A stretch of 64,000 bases of DNA, taken from positions 1,961 to 65,960 of the forward strand of contig CALMYH010000002.1 of NCBI GenBank assembly GCA_937873395.1, given 5' to 3'. The first letter of the stretch is position 1. Every line of letters begins with the position of its first letter. This DNA is from an uncultured Burkholderiales bacterium. GTDB taxonomy: Bacteria > Pseudomonadota > Gammaproteobacteria > Burkholderiales > Burkholderiaceae_C. Under the pieces are notes generated by a model. That model was not told where the DNA came from. It searched no databases and saw only the letters and a list, made by a program, of their open reading frames with translations. Below are positions 1-10,878 of the stretch, piece by piece. The position numbers were made by a program, and so were the translations under genes.

Positions 1-69
1 CTTCTTGATTTCGTCGTCGGACGCGTTCTTGGGGACGCCCAGGACTTCGTAAAAATCGCGTTTGGCCAT
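1..69 (-). CDS. dnaJ: Chaperone DnaJ, N-terminal fragment (runs off the window start)
   Basis: Minus-strand translation from the ATG at 69..67 reads [23 protein letters not shown], a J-domain N-terminus. It lies directly downstream of dnaK. Confidence 0.85.
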   Translation of the reverse strand, partial: MAKRDFYEVLGVPKNASDDEIKK

Positions 70-102
70 GGTGGTGATTTCGGGGGTACTGTTGAGCAGA
101 AA

Positions 103-130
103 CGCCGCGCCAGGTTGCCCGGGCGCGGCG
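103..130 (-). terminator. Inter-cistronic hairpin between dnaK and dnaJ (partial terminator or attenuator)
   Basis: A 9-bp inverted repeat CGCCGCGCC / GGCGCGGCG is followed on the minus strand by TTTCTGCTC. Confidence 0.4.
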
Positions 131-158
131 GCGGGGTCAGGCCGTCAGCCCGCGGACA

Positions 159-2093
<1,935 letters not shown>

Positions 2094-2130
2094 GTTGTGC
2101 TCCGAAAGAGGAAGTCTGAAACTGTTCGAA

Positions 2131-2158
2131 AGATGTGGATAAGTCTGGGGATTTCAAG
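2131..2158 (-). promoter_or_regulatory. Sigma-32 (RpoH) type heat-shock promoter for dnaK
   Basis: The minus strand reads CTTGAAA, then 13 nt, then CCACATCT. The consensus is CTTGAAA-N13-15-CCCCATNT. The site is 38 nt upstream of the dnaK ATG. Confidence 0.6.
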
Positions 2159-2209
2159 TGGAGGGGCTGGGGGCACGCCGTGGATGGCACGTGTGCCGCC
2201 GGACGCCGC

Positions 2210-2782
2210 TCACTTCGGGGCCGCCACGGTCACCAGGGCCGGCCGCAGCACGCGCTCGGCGATCAGGTAGCCCTTCTGGAGCACGGCCACCACGGTGTTG
2301 GGCTCCTGGTCGGCGGGGACCATGCTGATGGCCTGGTGCTGGTGCGGGTCGAATTTTTCGCCAGCCGCCGGCGCGATGGCTACCACCTTGTGGCGGGCCA
2401 GGGCGCTCTGCAATTGCTTGAGAGTGGCCTCGGACCCCTCGCGCAGCTGCTGCACGCTGGCTTCCTGGATGGCCAGGCCGGCCTCGAAGCTGTCGAGCAC
2501 CGGCAGCAGGCTTTCGGCAAAGCTCTCGACCGCGAACTTTCGGCTCTTGGCAATTTCCTCATCGGCTCGCCGGCGGGCGTTTTCGGCCTCGGCCTTGGCC
2601 CGCAGGTACTGGTCGGCCAGATCCGCGTTCTGGGCCTTGAGCGTGGCGTTCTCGTGGCTCAACACGTTCAGTGCATCGGCTTCGGCGGCTGCGGCGGCGG
2701 CCAGGGCTTCTTCCGGGCTCACGGCCTCGGTCGCGCCCGGGTTGGCGTGTGCTGGTTGCGGGTCGTTGGGGGTCGGGCTCAT
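2210..2782 (-). CDS. grpE: Nucleotide exchange factor GrpE
   Basis: The ORF 2210..2941 contains the GrpE core ([30 protein letters not shown]). I trimmed the start to the ATG at 2782 (MSPTPNDP) because the upstream extension is low-complexity and overlaps the promoter region. Confidence 0.93.
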   Translation of the reverse strand: MSPTPNDPQPAHANPGATEAVSPEEALAAAAAAEADALNVLSHENATLKAQNADLADQYLRAKAEAENARRRADEEIAKSRKFAVESFAESLLPVLDSFEAGLAIQEASVQQLREGSEATLKQLQSALARHKVVAIAPAAGEKFDPHQHQAISMVPADQEPNTVVAVLQKGYLIAERVLRPALVTVAAPK

Positions 2783-2835
2783 GCGAATGGTGGGGAATCG
2801 ATGAAAAAACAGGCAGAAATCTGCCGTTCTACGGC

Positions 2836-2863
2836 AGTTGGAGGCAGACTTGGCCTTTTCAAG
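2836..2863 (-). promoter_or_regulatory. Sigma-32-like promoter for grpE
   Basis: The minus strand reads CTTGAAA, then 13 nt, then CTCCAACT, which matches 6 of 8 positions of CCCCATNT. Confidence 0.45.
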
Positions 2864-2939
2864 GGCGATGGGAAAAAAATCGGGGTGCGGGCTGGGGCCA
2901 GGATGGAGACAATCAGGCCTTTTGGCAGGTGGTATCCCC

Positions 2940-3791
2940 ATGAAACTGTTTCGACACGGCCCCGCGGGGGCGGAGCGTCCCGGTCTGGTGGACGCTCAGG
3001 GTGTGTGGCGAGATCTGTCCGGTGTGCTGGACGATCTGCGGCCCGACACGCTGAACCTGGATTCTATGAGCAGGCTGGCCGCGCTTGACACCGGGCGGTT
3101 GCCGGTCCTGCCTGCCGGTACCCGGCTGGGTCCGTGCGTCGGCGGCGTGGGCAACCTGGTCTGCATTGGTCTGAACTACGCCGACCACGCGGCCGAAGCC
3201 GGGCTGAAGCCGCCAGGCCAGCCCATCGTCTTCAACAAACACAACGGCGCCATTGGAGGTCCGAACGACGATATCTGGCTGGCGCCGGGCTCACAGAAGC
3301 TGGACTGGGAGGTCGAACTGGGCGTGGTGATCGGCTCAAAGGCGTTCCATGTCAGTGAGGCGGACGCCCTGCGCCATGTGGCCGGCTACTGCCTGGCCAA
3401 TGACGTGTCCGAGCGTGCCTATCAGATTGAATATGAAGGCCAGTGGACCAAGGGAAAGAGTTATCCCACCCATTGCCCCATCGGCCCCTGGCTGGTGACA
3501 CCCGACGAACTCGGCGATCCGCAGGCGGTGGACCTCTGGCTGGAGGTCAACGGTCAGCGCCGGCAGACGGGCAACACCCGGACCATGATCTTCGGGGTGG
3601 CGCAGATTGTCAGCTACCTGAGCCGGTTCATGGCCTTGCAGCCGGGCGACCTGATACTCACCGGCACCCCGCCGGGCGTGGGCATGGGCATGAAGCCACC
3701 GCTCTACCTGAGGGCCGGTGATGTCGTCACGCTCGGAGGCAGCGGACTGGGTGAGCAGCGTCAGCGTGTGGTCCCCACCCCCGCGGTCTGA
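2940..3791 (+). CDS. Fumarylacetoacetate hydrolase (FAH) family protein
   Basis: The FAH C-terminal domain pattern is present ([26 protein letters not shown]). The start is set at MKLFRHG. Confidence 0.88.
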   Translation: MKLFRHGPAGAERPGLVDAQGVWRDLSGVLDDLRPDTLNLDSMSRLAALDTGRLPVLPAGTRLGPCVGGVGNLVCIGLNYADHAAEAGLKPPGQPIVFNKHNGAIGGPNDDIWLAPGSQKLDWEVELGVVIGSKAFHVSEADALRHVAGYCLANDVSERAYQIEYEGQWTKGKSYPTHCPIGPWLVTPDELGDPQAVDLWLEVNGQRRQTGNTRTMIFGVAQIVSYLSRFMALQPGDLILTGTPPGVGMGMKPPLYLRAGDVVTLGGSGLGEQRQRVVPTPAV

Positions 3792-4141
3792 GGCGACGGC
3801 GCCTCGTTGCCGTTGAGCCGGGTCGGGCTGCCGCTGCGCTGCACCTGCTGTTGCCAGCGGGCAGCCACGGGCTGCCAGTCGTGCAGCCTGCGGGCCATGT
3901 CATGACCCAGGGGCGTGAGCCGATACCCGTCTCCCCCGTGCTCCACCAGCCGAGCTGCGCGCAGCTCTTTCAGGCGCGTGTTCAAGGTGTTGGGCGTGGC
4001 GCCCCCTACGCTGTCCTGAAGCAGACGGAAGGTCTGCGGATGGCCGTCGCTCAGGGCCCAGAGCACCCTCATCGCGTAGCGCGACTCCAGCAAGTGCATC
4101 AGTGCATACATGGCCGCGCCGCCTTGGGGTCTGACACTCAT
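3761..4141 (-). CDS. HxlR-like winged-helix transcriptional regulator
   Basis: The segment RVLWALSDGHPQTFRLLQDSVGGATPNTLNTRLKELRAARLVEH fits the HxlR wHTH pattern. The start at MSVRPQ is uncertain, with 4111 as an alternative. Confidence 0.7.
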   Translation of the reverse strand: MSVRPQGGAAMYALMHLLESRYAMRVLWALSDGHPQTFRLLQDSVGGATPNTLNTRLKELRAARLVEHGGDGYRLTPLGHDMARRLHDWQPVAARWQQQVQRSGSPTRLNGNEAPSPQTAGVGTTR

Positions 4142-4351
4142 GGCTTGTCTCCTGCTGGCGTCGTCGCGCCACCTCGCGCCACTATAGGCCAGGAGCGCCC
4201 ACCCATACAGCCCCAGGGTTGGTGTGCGGCGCAGCATTCGGGTTCGAAACCGGGTCTGTGTGGACGGCAGGTCACACAATCGGCCCTGTCGGTGTCAGCA
4301 CCGATTGACGCCGGCCCGGTCTGCAGGCATTGCAGTCGCCCGGAGGCGCGG

Positions 4352-4897
4352 TCAGGACAGGTAGACTTTGCGCAGCAGGCGGATCAGGGTCTGCAATTCA
4401 GAGGCCGACAAGCGGTCGGCGACATCCGCCTCCAACTGGGAGGCTGTGGCCTCGGCGTCTTTCTGCAGGGCCTGGCCGTGCGCCGTGAGGTGCAGCCCCT
4501 GGGCGCGCCGGTCGGTGGGGTGCGGACGCCGTTCGATCAGCCCGCGCTTTTCCAGCGACTTGATCATGCCCACCAGGTTGGGTGGCAGGATGTCGAGCGC
4601 GGCACAGATCTGGCGCGACGTCACGCCCGGGTTGTGGGCGATGACACTGAGCACCGAGAAATCCACCGGTCGCAGGCCATAGGGCGCCATGCGCTGCAAA
4701 AAGACCGAGATGACCGCCAGCGCGGTGCGGCGCGCGTTGTAGCCCAGCAGGGTCTCGAGGTAGGAAGTGTCAACCCTTTCGCACGTTCCGGCAGGTGCCG
4801 CGGTCACCTTGGCGTTCCCGCTGGTACCGGCGAGCTCGGTTCGGGGTTTGGTCGAACGGCTCGATGGACTCAGTCTGGACGTGGCGGTGGACGGCAT
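4352..4897 (-). CDS. MarR family transcriptional regulator
   Basis: The MarR wHTH core is present (FSVLSVIAHNPGVTSRQICAALDILPPNLVGMIKSLEKRGLIERRPHPTDRR). It lies 12 nt downstream of the Crp/Fnr gene on the same strand. Confidence 0.85.
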   Translation of the reverse strand: MPSTATSRLSPSSRSTKPRTELAGTSGNAKVTAAPAGTCERVDTSYLETLLGYNARRTALAVISVFLQRMAPYGLRPVDFSVLSVIAHNPGVTSRQICAALDILPPNLVGMIKSLEKRGLIERRPHPTDRRAQGLHLTAHGQALQKDAEATASQLEADVADRLSASELQTLIRLLRKVYLS

Positions 4898-4909
4898 GTG
4901 GGAAGGATA

Positions 4910-5638
4910 TCACCCGCTGAAGGACGGCCTGGTTGCCGGGGCTGATGTGTCCGGTTGTCTCAGCAGGGTGATGCGTCCATAGCCCAGCCGCACCATGCCT
5001 TCCTTTTCCAGTCGGTTGAGTTCGGCGTTGACTTTCGGTCTCGACGCGTTGAGGGACTGGGCAAACTCCTGCTGGGTCAGGGTGATGGTGATGTGTCCGA
5101 AACGGTCTGGCTGCCCGTTGAAATGGGCGAGTCGCTGCAGTCTCTGGTAGATCCGGGAGCGCAGCGAAGGCAGCAGGTCCGATTCCATCAGCTCGAACAT
5201 CTCGGCCACCCGGGTGGCCAGGCTTCGGATGATGCCCAAGGCCAGATCGGGCTCGTTGTGCAACGTCTTAATCAGGGCCTGCCGGGAGATTTCGAGTGTC
5301 TGGCCTGCTTCTTCACAGACCATGTCGGTGGGGAAGGGCGCTCCGGCCAAGGCCGATGGAACGCCATAGAGTTCGCCGGGGGTGATGCGTCGCAGAAAGA
5401 GCGAATGCCCGTCCACGCTGTTGAGCAGCACCTTGTATTGCCCGCTCAGGCACACGCTGACACTCTCCATCCGCTGGCCGCTTCGCGTCAGTGTATCGCC
5501 CGCTTTCCAGGACCTTCGCAGGCCCACCGCTTCCAGTGTGTGAACCATGGCCTGGTCCAGCACGAAACGATCCAGCGCACGCTTGTGCAGCCAGTGGGAG
5601 GACAGCACATCTTCGGGTAAACCATAGATTGGTGTCAT
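4910..5638 (-). CDS. Crp/Fnr family transcriptional regulator
   Basis: It has a cNMP-binding-like beta-barrel followed by a C-terminal HTH (TQQEFAQSLNASRPKVNAELNRLEKEGMV). It is divergent from the ABC/BMC operon. Confidence 0.85.
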   Translation of the reverse strand: MTPIYGLPEDVLSSHWLHKRALDRFVLDQAMVHTLEAVGLRRSWKAGDTLTRSGQRMESVSVCLSGQYKVLLNSVDGHSLFLRRITPGELYGVPSALAGAPFPTDMVCEEAGQTLEISRQALIKTLHNEPDLALGIIRSLATRVAEMFELMESDLLPSLRSRIYQRLQRLAHFNGQPDRFGHITITLTQQEFAQSLNASRPKVNAELNRLEKEGMVRLGYGRITLLRQPDTSAPATRPSFSG

Positions 5639-5730
5639 CCCCTAGATTGTTACCTGAGAAACAGTTTTGTTCAAGGCATACACCGAATATGCGTCTGCGG
5701 GCTTGAGCTCGATCAACAGGAGACATCAAC

Positions 5731-6726
5731 GTGATCAAGAAACTTGCAATGCGCTGGGCGTCCATGGCCACCATCACCACACTCGCAGCGGCTGCCGCAC
5801 AGGCCCAGCCAGTGGTGCGTTTCCAAGACTATCCCGGCACCGGAAACTTGCTGGTGCGCGTGGCGCAGGCGCAGGGTTTTTGTGAGCAGGCGGGCATCCG
5901 TTGCGAACTGCGCGCCATTCCCGCCGCGCCGCTGGGCATGCAGACCATGTTGTCGGGCGACATCGAAGTGTCGTTTGGTCCGGCCGAGGTGGTGGTTGCC
6001 GCCCTGGCGCGCAAGGCGCCCATCAAAGTCATCGGGGCGGGCTATGTGGACCCGGTCTTCTTTATCGCAGCGGGCATGAAGACCGAGTTGCCGACCGAGG
6101 CCGAAGGCTATCCCGGTGTGGTGAAGTCGTTCAAGGGCAAAAAAATCGGTGTCACCCAGCGCGGCTCGGGCGCCGAGTTCCAGCTGATCGACATGCTGGC
6201 CGACGCCGGGCTGACCGCCAATGACGTGACCATCGTTGCTGTCGGCGCGCCCAATACGGCGTTCCCAGCGCTGACCCAGGGGCAGGTGGATCTGATCATG
6301 ACGTTTCCCCCCGCTGACGGCATGTGCGAAGTACTCAAGGCCTGCCGCGTGGTGATCGACCCGCGCAAAGGCCAGGGCCCCAAAAGCATCCTCGACTCCC
6401 GGGGTGGCGCGGGCGCCATGGCGGTGAAAGCCGACTGGGCAGCGGCCAACCCGGCGTTGGTGGAGAGCGTTCGCAAGATGCTGGCCTTGTCAGATGCCTT
6501 TGTGTCCAACCCGGCCAATTTCGACAGAACGCTGGAGGTGCTGCGCAAGACCTTTGGCCTGCAGTTGCCCAACGCCGATCAGATCGCCGAGGTTTCGTTC
6601 CGGAATTCGATAGGCAACTTCAAGGCCCAGGGAACGGTGCCCGCCATGCAGTCGGTGGCCGACACGATGTTTCAGAACAAGCTGGTGCCCGTGCGCGTGG
6701 ACATGGCCCCCGCCGTGCTGCCTTGA
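5731..6726 (+). CDS. ABC transporter periplasmic substrate-binding protein, NMT1/SsuA/TauA-like
   Basis: A GTG start follows an AGGAGA RBS. There is a signal peptide ending AAAAQAQP. The fold pattern is typical of nitrate/sulfonate/taurine-family binding proteins. Confidence 0.8.
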   Translation: MIKKLAMRWASMATITTLAAAAAQAQPVVRFQDYPGTGNLLVRVAQAQGFCEQAGIRCELRAIPAAPLGMQTMLSGDIEVSFGPAEVVVAALARKAPIKVIGAGYVDPVFFIAAGMKTELPTEAEGYPGVVKSFKGKKIGVTQRGSGAEFQLIDMLADAGLTANDVTIVAVGAPNTAFPALTQGQVDLIMTFPPADGMCEVLKACRVVIDPRKGQGPKSILDSRGGAGAMAVKADWAAANPALVESVRKMLALSDAFVSNPANFDRTLEVLRKTFGLQLPNADQIAEVSFRNSIGNFKAQGTVPAMQSVADTMFQNKLVPVRVDMAPAVLP

Positions 6727-6765
6727 TGCACACGTCACGGACGCAGGAAACCGCCCAGACGCGCC

Positions 6766-7530
6766 ATGATTGACGCCCAACGCATCGATTTGAGCTTCGA
6801 CGGCACCAACCTGGTGTTGCAAGGGGTGGACCTGCATGTCAAAGCCGGCGAGTTTGTGGCGCTGGCGGGCCCCAGTGGTTGCGGCAAGACGACCTTGCTC
6901 AACCTCTGTGCCGGGCTGGTGCCGCTGCCTGCGGGCCAGCACCTGAAGGTGGCCGGCCAGCCGCCCGCGCTGGGCAGTCACGGTGTGGCCTACATGTTGG
7001 CCAGAGACAGCCTGTTTCCCTGGCTCAGCGCACTGGATAACGCCGCCTTCGGGCTGAAGGTACGCGGCATGCCGGTGGCCCAGGCGCGCGAGCGCTCGGC
7101 CGTGATGCTCAAGCGCGTGGGTCTGGGTGGTGCTGAAAACAAGTTGCCCAAAGAGCTCTCGCACGGTATGCGCCAGCGGGTGGCGCTGGCGCGCACCTTT
7201 GCCATGCCCTCGCCACTGCTGCTCATGGACGAACCCTTTGGCGCGCTCGACGCGCAGACCAAGCTGCAGCTGCAGGACCTGTTGCTGCAACTGTGCCAGG
7301 AGGGAGAGCGCACTGTGCTGTTCGTGACCCACGACCTGTCGGAAGCGGTGGCCCTGGCCGATCGGGTGGTGGTGATGTCGTCCAGGCCCGGACGAATCGT
7401 GGCCGACGTGCCGGTGCCACTGCCGCGCCCGCGATCGATTCGCGCCCTGCAGACCAGCGACGACTTCCACCACACCTACACCCGGGTGTGGAAACATCTT
7501 GAAGAAGGATGGGTGCACCATGAAGGCTGA
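6766..7530 (+). CDS. ABC transporter ATP-binding protein (NitT/TauT family, TauB/SsuB-like)
   Basis: It carries Walker A GPSGCGKTT, signature LSHGMRQRVALAR and Walker B LLLMDEPF. Confidence 0.9.
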   Translation: MIDAQRIDLSFDGTNLVLQGVDLHVKAGEFVALAGPSGCGKTTLLNLCAGLVPLPAGQHLKVAGQPPALGSHGVAYMLARDSLFPWLSALDNAAFGLKVRGMPVAQARERSAVMLKRVGLGGAENKLPKELSHGMRQRVALARTFAMPSPLLLMDEPFGALDAQTKLQLQDLLLQLCQEGERTVLFVTHDLSEAVALADRVVVMSSRPGRIVADVPVPLPRPRSIRALQTSDDFHHTYTRVWKHLEEGWVHHEG

Positions 7531-8275
7531 GATGCTTCGCACACTGGCGCAACATGCGCTGTTCGTGACCCTGGTGCTCGGCGCCTGGGAGTGGGGTGCC
7601 AGGGCCGGCCTGATCGACCCGAGCTTTGTCGGCAGCCCGTTGGGCATTGCCCGCTTCACGCTGGAAAACTTCACCAACGCCCGGCTCTGGGGTGACCTGG
7701 TCTGGACGCTCACGGCGGTGTTTGTGTCCTTCGGCATTGGTTCCATGGCTGCCATCGCTGCCGGTCTGGCCTTTGTGACCTGGCCGCGGCTGGACGAGTT
7801 CTGTGAGCCCTACATCGCGGCGCTGAACGTGCTGCCCCGCATTGCGCTGGTGCCCCTTTTCATTCTCTGGTTCGGTCTGGGCCTGGGGTCGAAGATCGCC
7901 ATGGGCGTGTCGCTGACGTTCTTCATCGTGCTGTCCACCACCGTGGCGGGCATCCGCGGTGTCAGCCAGGACCACATCACGCTCACGCGCACGCTGGGCG
8001 CCAGCAGCCGCCAGATGTTCTTCTGGGTCACCTTGCCCGGCGCGGTGCCGGTGCTGTTCTCCGGTCTTCGCCTGGGCCTGATCTACGCCTTTCTGGGCGT
8101 GGTGGGGGCCGAGGTGATTGCATCCGAGCGCGGCCTGGGCCAGCAACTGGCCTACCTGGCCGCGATCTTCAACGTCAACGGTGTGTGGTCGCTGCTGTTC
8201 GACCTTGCAGTGATCGGCGTTCTGATCATGAAGCTCATGAGCTGGCTCGAACGTCGACTGCTGCACTGGCAATAA
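7520..8275 (+). CDS. ABC transporter permease (TauC/SsuC-like)
   Basis: It is a multi-pass membrane protein with the BPD-transporter EAA-like region. The ATG at 7520 overlaps the ATPase stop. The ORF track offers a TTG at 7499 as an alternative start. Confidence 0.85.
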   Translation: MKAEMLRTLAQHALFVTLVLGAWEWGARAGLIDPSFVGSPLGIARFTLENFTNARLWGDLVWTLTAVFVSFGIGSMAAIAAGLAFVTWPRLDEFCEPYIAALNVLPRIALVPLFILWFGLGLGSKIAMGVSLTFFIVLSTTVAGIRGVSQDHITLTRTLGASSRQMFFWVTLPGAVPVLFSGLRLGLIYAFLGVVGAEVIASERGLGQQLAYLAAIFNVNGVWSLLFDLAVIGVLIMKLMSWLERRLLHWQ

Positions 8276-8303
8276 GGCCCCCTTTTTCATCAGGAGATTC
8301 GAT

Positions 8304-9353
8304 ATGAAATTCCGTCACATCCAGGTGGACCCGATGACGCCCACCATCGGCGGCATGGTCAGCGGCGTGGACCTGAACAACACGCGGTCCGAAGATGTCT
8401 ACGAAGAGATCAAGCAGGCCCTGTGGCAGTACGGCGTGGTGTTCTTCCGCAAGCAGGCGCTCAAGCCCGAGGCCTATATTCGCCTGGGGAAAAACTTCGG
8501 CGAAATGGAGCAGCACGAGTTCTTCCCTCATGTCGAAGGGCATCCACAGATCCAGCTGATTTCGCACCAGGGCAACGAGGCACCCGAAACCGACCGCTGG
8601 CACACCGACGTGACCTTCCGCAAGAAGCCGAACATGGTGTCGATTCTGCGCATCACCGACCTGCCACCGGCCGGTGGCGACACCATGTGGATGCACGCCG
8701 GTGCGGCGTTCGACGCGCTCAACCCCGGCCTGCAGCAGATGCTCGAAGGCCTGCAGGCCGATCACGACCTGCCCTGGCATTTCCGCCGCATCAATGTGCA
8801 CGAGCGGCTGGCGCAGCGCGCCTCGGCCAAGAGTGGGATGCTGGTGACCGCCAATGCACAGGAGTGCAAGATGATCGAGAACACGCCCACGGTGACGCAC
8901 CCGGCGGTGATCACGCACCCCTATAACGGCCGCAAAATCCTGTTCGTCAACTCGATCTGGACCAAGCGCCTGCTGGGCATGCACATGGACCTGTCCGAAG
9001 CGCTGCTCAACATGCTCTATGAGTGGGTCAAGAAGCCTGAGTTTATGGTGCGCTTCCGCTGGGAAAAGGACTCGGTGGCCATGTGGGATAACTGCGCCAC
9101 GCAGCACTACGCGGTGTTCGACTACGCGCCGCACTACCGGGCCGGCCAGCGCATGACCTGCGGCAGCTTCGTGCCCTCCTTGCAGCCGACATCGGCCAGC
9201 AGCGCGGCTCAACCTGCGGCCCTGCGCCAGCTGATCGACACGACCCGCCTGCAGGCGGCCAGCCCACAGGAGCGGCAGGCTGTGGACGCGATCTTCAGTG
9301 CCCTCGAGGGTGTTGATCTCAATGCCGTGGCCAACGCCGCGCAGGGCCGTTGA
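8304..9353 (+). CDS. TauD/TfdA-family Fe(II)/2-oxoglutarate-dependent dioxygenase with a ~57-aa C-terminal extension
   Basis: The HxD motif is in RWHTDVTF, the GGDTMW motif is present, and the distal His is in WDNCATQHYA. An AGGAGA RBS precedes the start. The tail after ...MTCGSFVPS has no counterpart in canonical ~280-aa TauD. Confidence 0.9.
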   Translation: MKFRHIQVDPMTPTIGGMVSGVDLNNTRSEDVYEEIKQALWQYGVVFFRKQALKPEAYIRLGKNFGEMEQHEFFPHVEGHPQIQLISHQGNEAPETDRWHTDVTFRKKPNMVSILRITDLPPAGGDTMWMHAGAAFDALNPGLQQMLEGLQADHDLPWHFRRINVHERLAQRASAKSGMLVTANAQECKMIENTPTVTHPAVITHPYNGRKILFVNSIWTKRLLGMHMDLSEALLNMLYEWVKKPEFMVRFRWEKDSVAMWDNCATQHYAVFDYAPHYRAGQRMTCGSFVPSLQPTSASSAAQPAALRQLIDTTRLQAASPQERQAVDAIFSALEGVDLNAVANAAQGR

Positions 9354-9372
9354 AGCCGGAGCCGATGCTGCC

Positions 9373-10869
9373 ATGACCGAACTCAATCCCATTGCCGTGG
9401 GCGACAACGACCTGGCCGCCGTGCAGGAGGCGCGGCAGTTGCTGGCCCAGGCACGACCGGCGGCCGATGCGCTGGCCGGGTGGACGCCCGAGCACGCCAA
9501 GGCGGTGGCCAAGCGGGTGGCGGCCGCCCTGTTGCCGCGCGCCGAGTTCTACGCCGAGTGGGCGGTACGCGAAACCCGTATCGGCAAGGTGGCCGACAAG
9601 GTGGCCAAGAACCATTTCGCCTGCACCCTTACGCCCAGCGCCTGGGACCAGGTGGCCCTGGGCGGTGTGCGCCGCGTTGATGCGCTGCGCATCGTGGAGA
9701 TCGGCCGCCCGGCCGGTGTGGTGGTGGGGCTGTCGAACTCCACCTCGCCGGTGGCCACCATTCTGTTCAAGACCCTGATGTGCCTGATGACGCGCAACGC
9801 TCTGGTGGTGTCGCCGCACCCGGTGGCTCTGGGCTGTTGCACGGCGGTGGTGCGCGAGCTGCAGGCCGCCATCGAGACCGCAGGTGGTCCGACGAATGCG
9901 GTGCAGATACTGACCCGGCCGACGGTCGAGGCCACGGGTGCCCTCATGCGCGACACCCGCACCGACGTGATCCTCGCGACGGGCGGCACGCCCATGGTAC
10001 GCGCCGCCTACGGCTCGGGCAACCCGGCCATCGGGGTGGGTTCGGGCAACGTACCGATCTATGTGGACACCAGCGCCGACTTGAACGATGCGGCGCAGAA
10101 GGTGGTGCTGGCCAAGAACTTCGACCACGGCAGTCCTTGCTCGGCGCCGTCGGTTCTGATGCTGCATGCCGGTATCGCGCAAGCCATGCTGCAAGCGCTG
10201 ACCGCTGCCGGTGCGCATGTGTGCAGCGAGCTCGAGGCCCGGCAGATCCAGGATTACGCTTTTCCGGGTGGCAGGTTCAACGCCAAGGTGGTGGGACGAC
10301 CGGCACACGAAATTGCCAGCGCTGCAGGGGTGACGGTGAGCGCGACCTGCGAGGCGCTTGTGTGCCCCATGGCCCGACCGCAGGCGGGCCACCCCTTGCT
10401 GCGCGAGAAGCTCTCGCCCATTTTGGGCTGTGTGGTGGTGCCGGACATGGCGCAGGCCGTGGACGTGGCCCGCCTGATGCTGCAGAACAGCGGGGGTGGC
10501 CACACCTCGGGCATCTACACCGCCGACGCCACCCAGGCCGTGGCCTGGGGCGCTGCGCTCGATTACTACCGCGTGGTCGTCAACGGCAACACGGTGCTCG
10601 ACAGCACCGGCGACAACACCGGACTGCCCTATACCTTCACCATCGGCACCGGCTACGCCGGCAAGAGTTCGGTGGACTGCAATGTCGGCCCTGAGCTGCT
10701 GGTGAACTGGAAACGGGTGGCCTTTCCGCTGCCCGGTGGCTGGACCGGCGCCATGGCCTCGGGGGCGGCGACTGCCGCTGCCGGTGCCGCTGAGCCGGCC
10801 ATCCTCACACCCGAGCTCTCCGCCATGGTCCTGCGCATCGTGCAGGAAGAACTCGAACACATCCGCTGA
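9373..10869 (+). CDS. CoA-acylating aldehyde dehydrogenase (EutE/PduP-like) with a C-terminal amphipathic tail
   Basis: It has the ALDH fold, with the catalytic Cys context NFDHGSPCSAPSV resembling acetylating ALDHs. The start is set at MTELNP. The C-terminus is a Gly/Ala linker followed by LTPELSAMVLRIVQEELEHIR. Confidence 0.85.
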   Translation: MTELNPIAVGDNDLAAVQEARQLLAQARPAADALAGWTPEHAKAVAKRVAAALLPRAEFYAEWAVRETRIGKVADKVAKNHFACTLTPSAWDQVALGGVRRVDALRIVEIGRPAGVVVGLSNSTSPVATILFKTLMCLMTRNALVVSPHPVALGCCTAVVRELQAAIETAGGPTNAVQILTRPTVEATGALMRDTRTDVILATGGTPMVRAAYGSGNPAIGVGSGNVPIYVDTSADLNDAAQKVVLAKNFDHGSPCSAPSVLMLHAGIAQAMLQALTAAGAHVCSELEARQIQDYAFPGGRFNAKVVGRPAHEIASAAGVTVSATCEALVCPMARPQAGHPLLREKLSPILGCVVVPDMAQAVDVARLMLQNSGGGHTSGIYTADATQAVAWGAALDYYRVVVNGNTVLDSTGDNTGLPYTFTIGTGYAGKSSVDCNVGPELLVNWKRVAFPLPGGWTGAMASGAATAAAGAAEPAILTPELSAMVLRIVQEELEHIR

Positions 10870-10878
10870 AAGCCTGTC

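Noticed and set aside
2160-2209. A possible rho-independent terminator after grpE (GGCACACGTGCC and nearby GC-rich repeats).
   Set aside because: The stems are only about 5 bp with tiny loops and no clear U-tract. The dnaK sigma-32 promoter explains the spacer adequately.
4236-4256. A tRNA T-arm-like string, GGTTCGAAACC, in the HxlR-MarR intergenic region.
   Set aside because: The flanking bases do not form a 5-bp T-stem (only 2-3 pairs are possible). I could not build an acceptor, D or anticodon arm on either strand.
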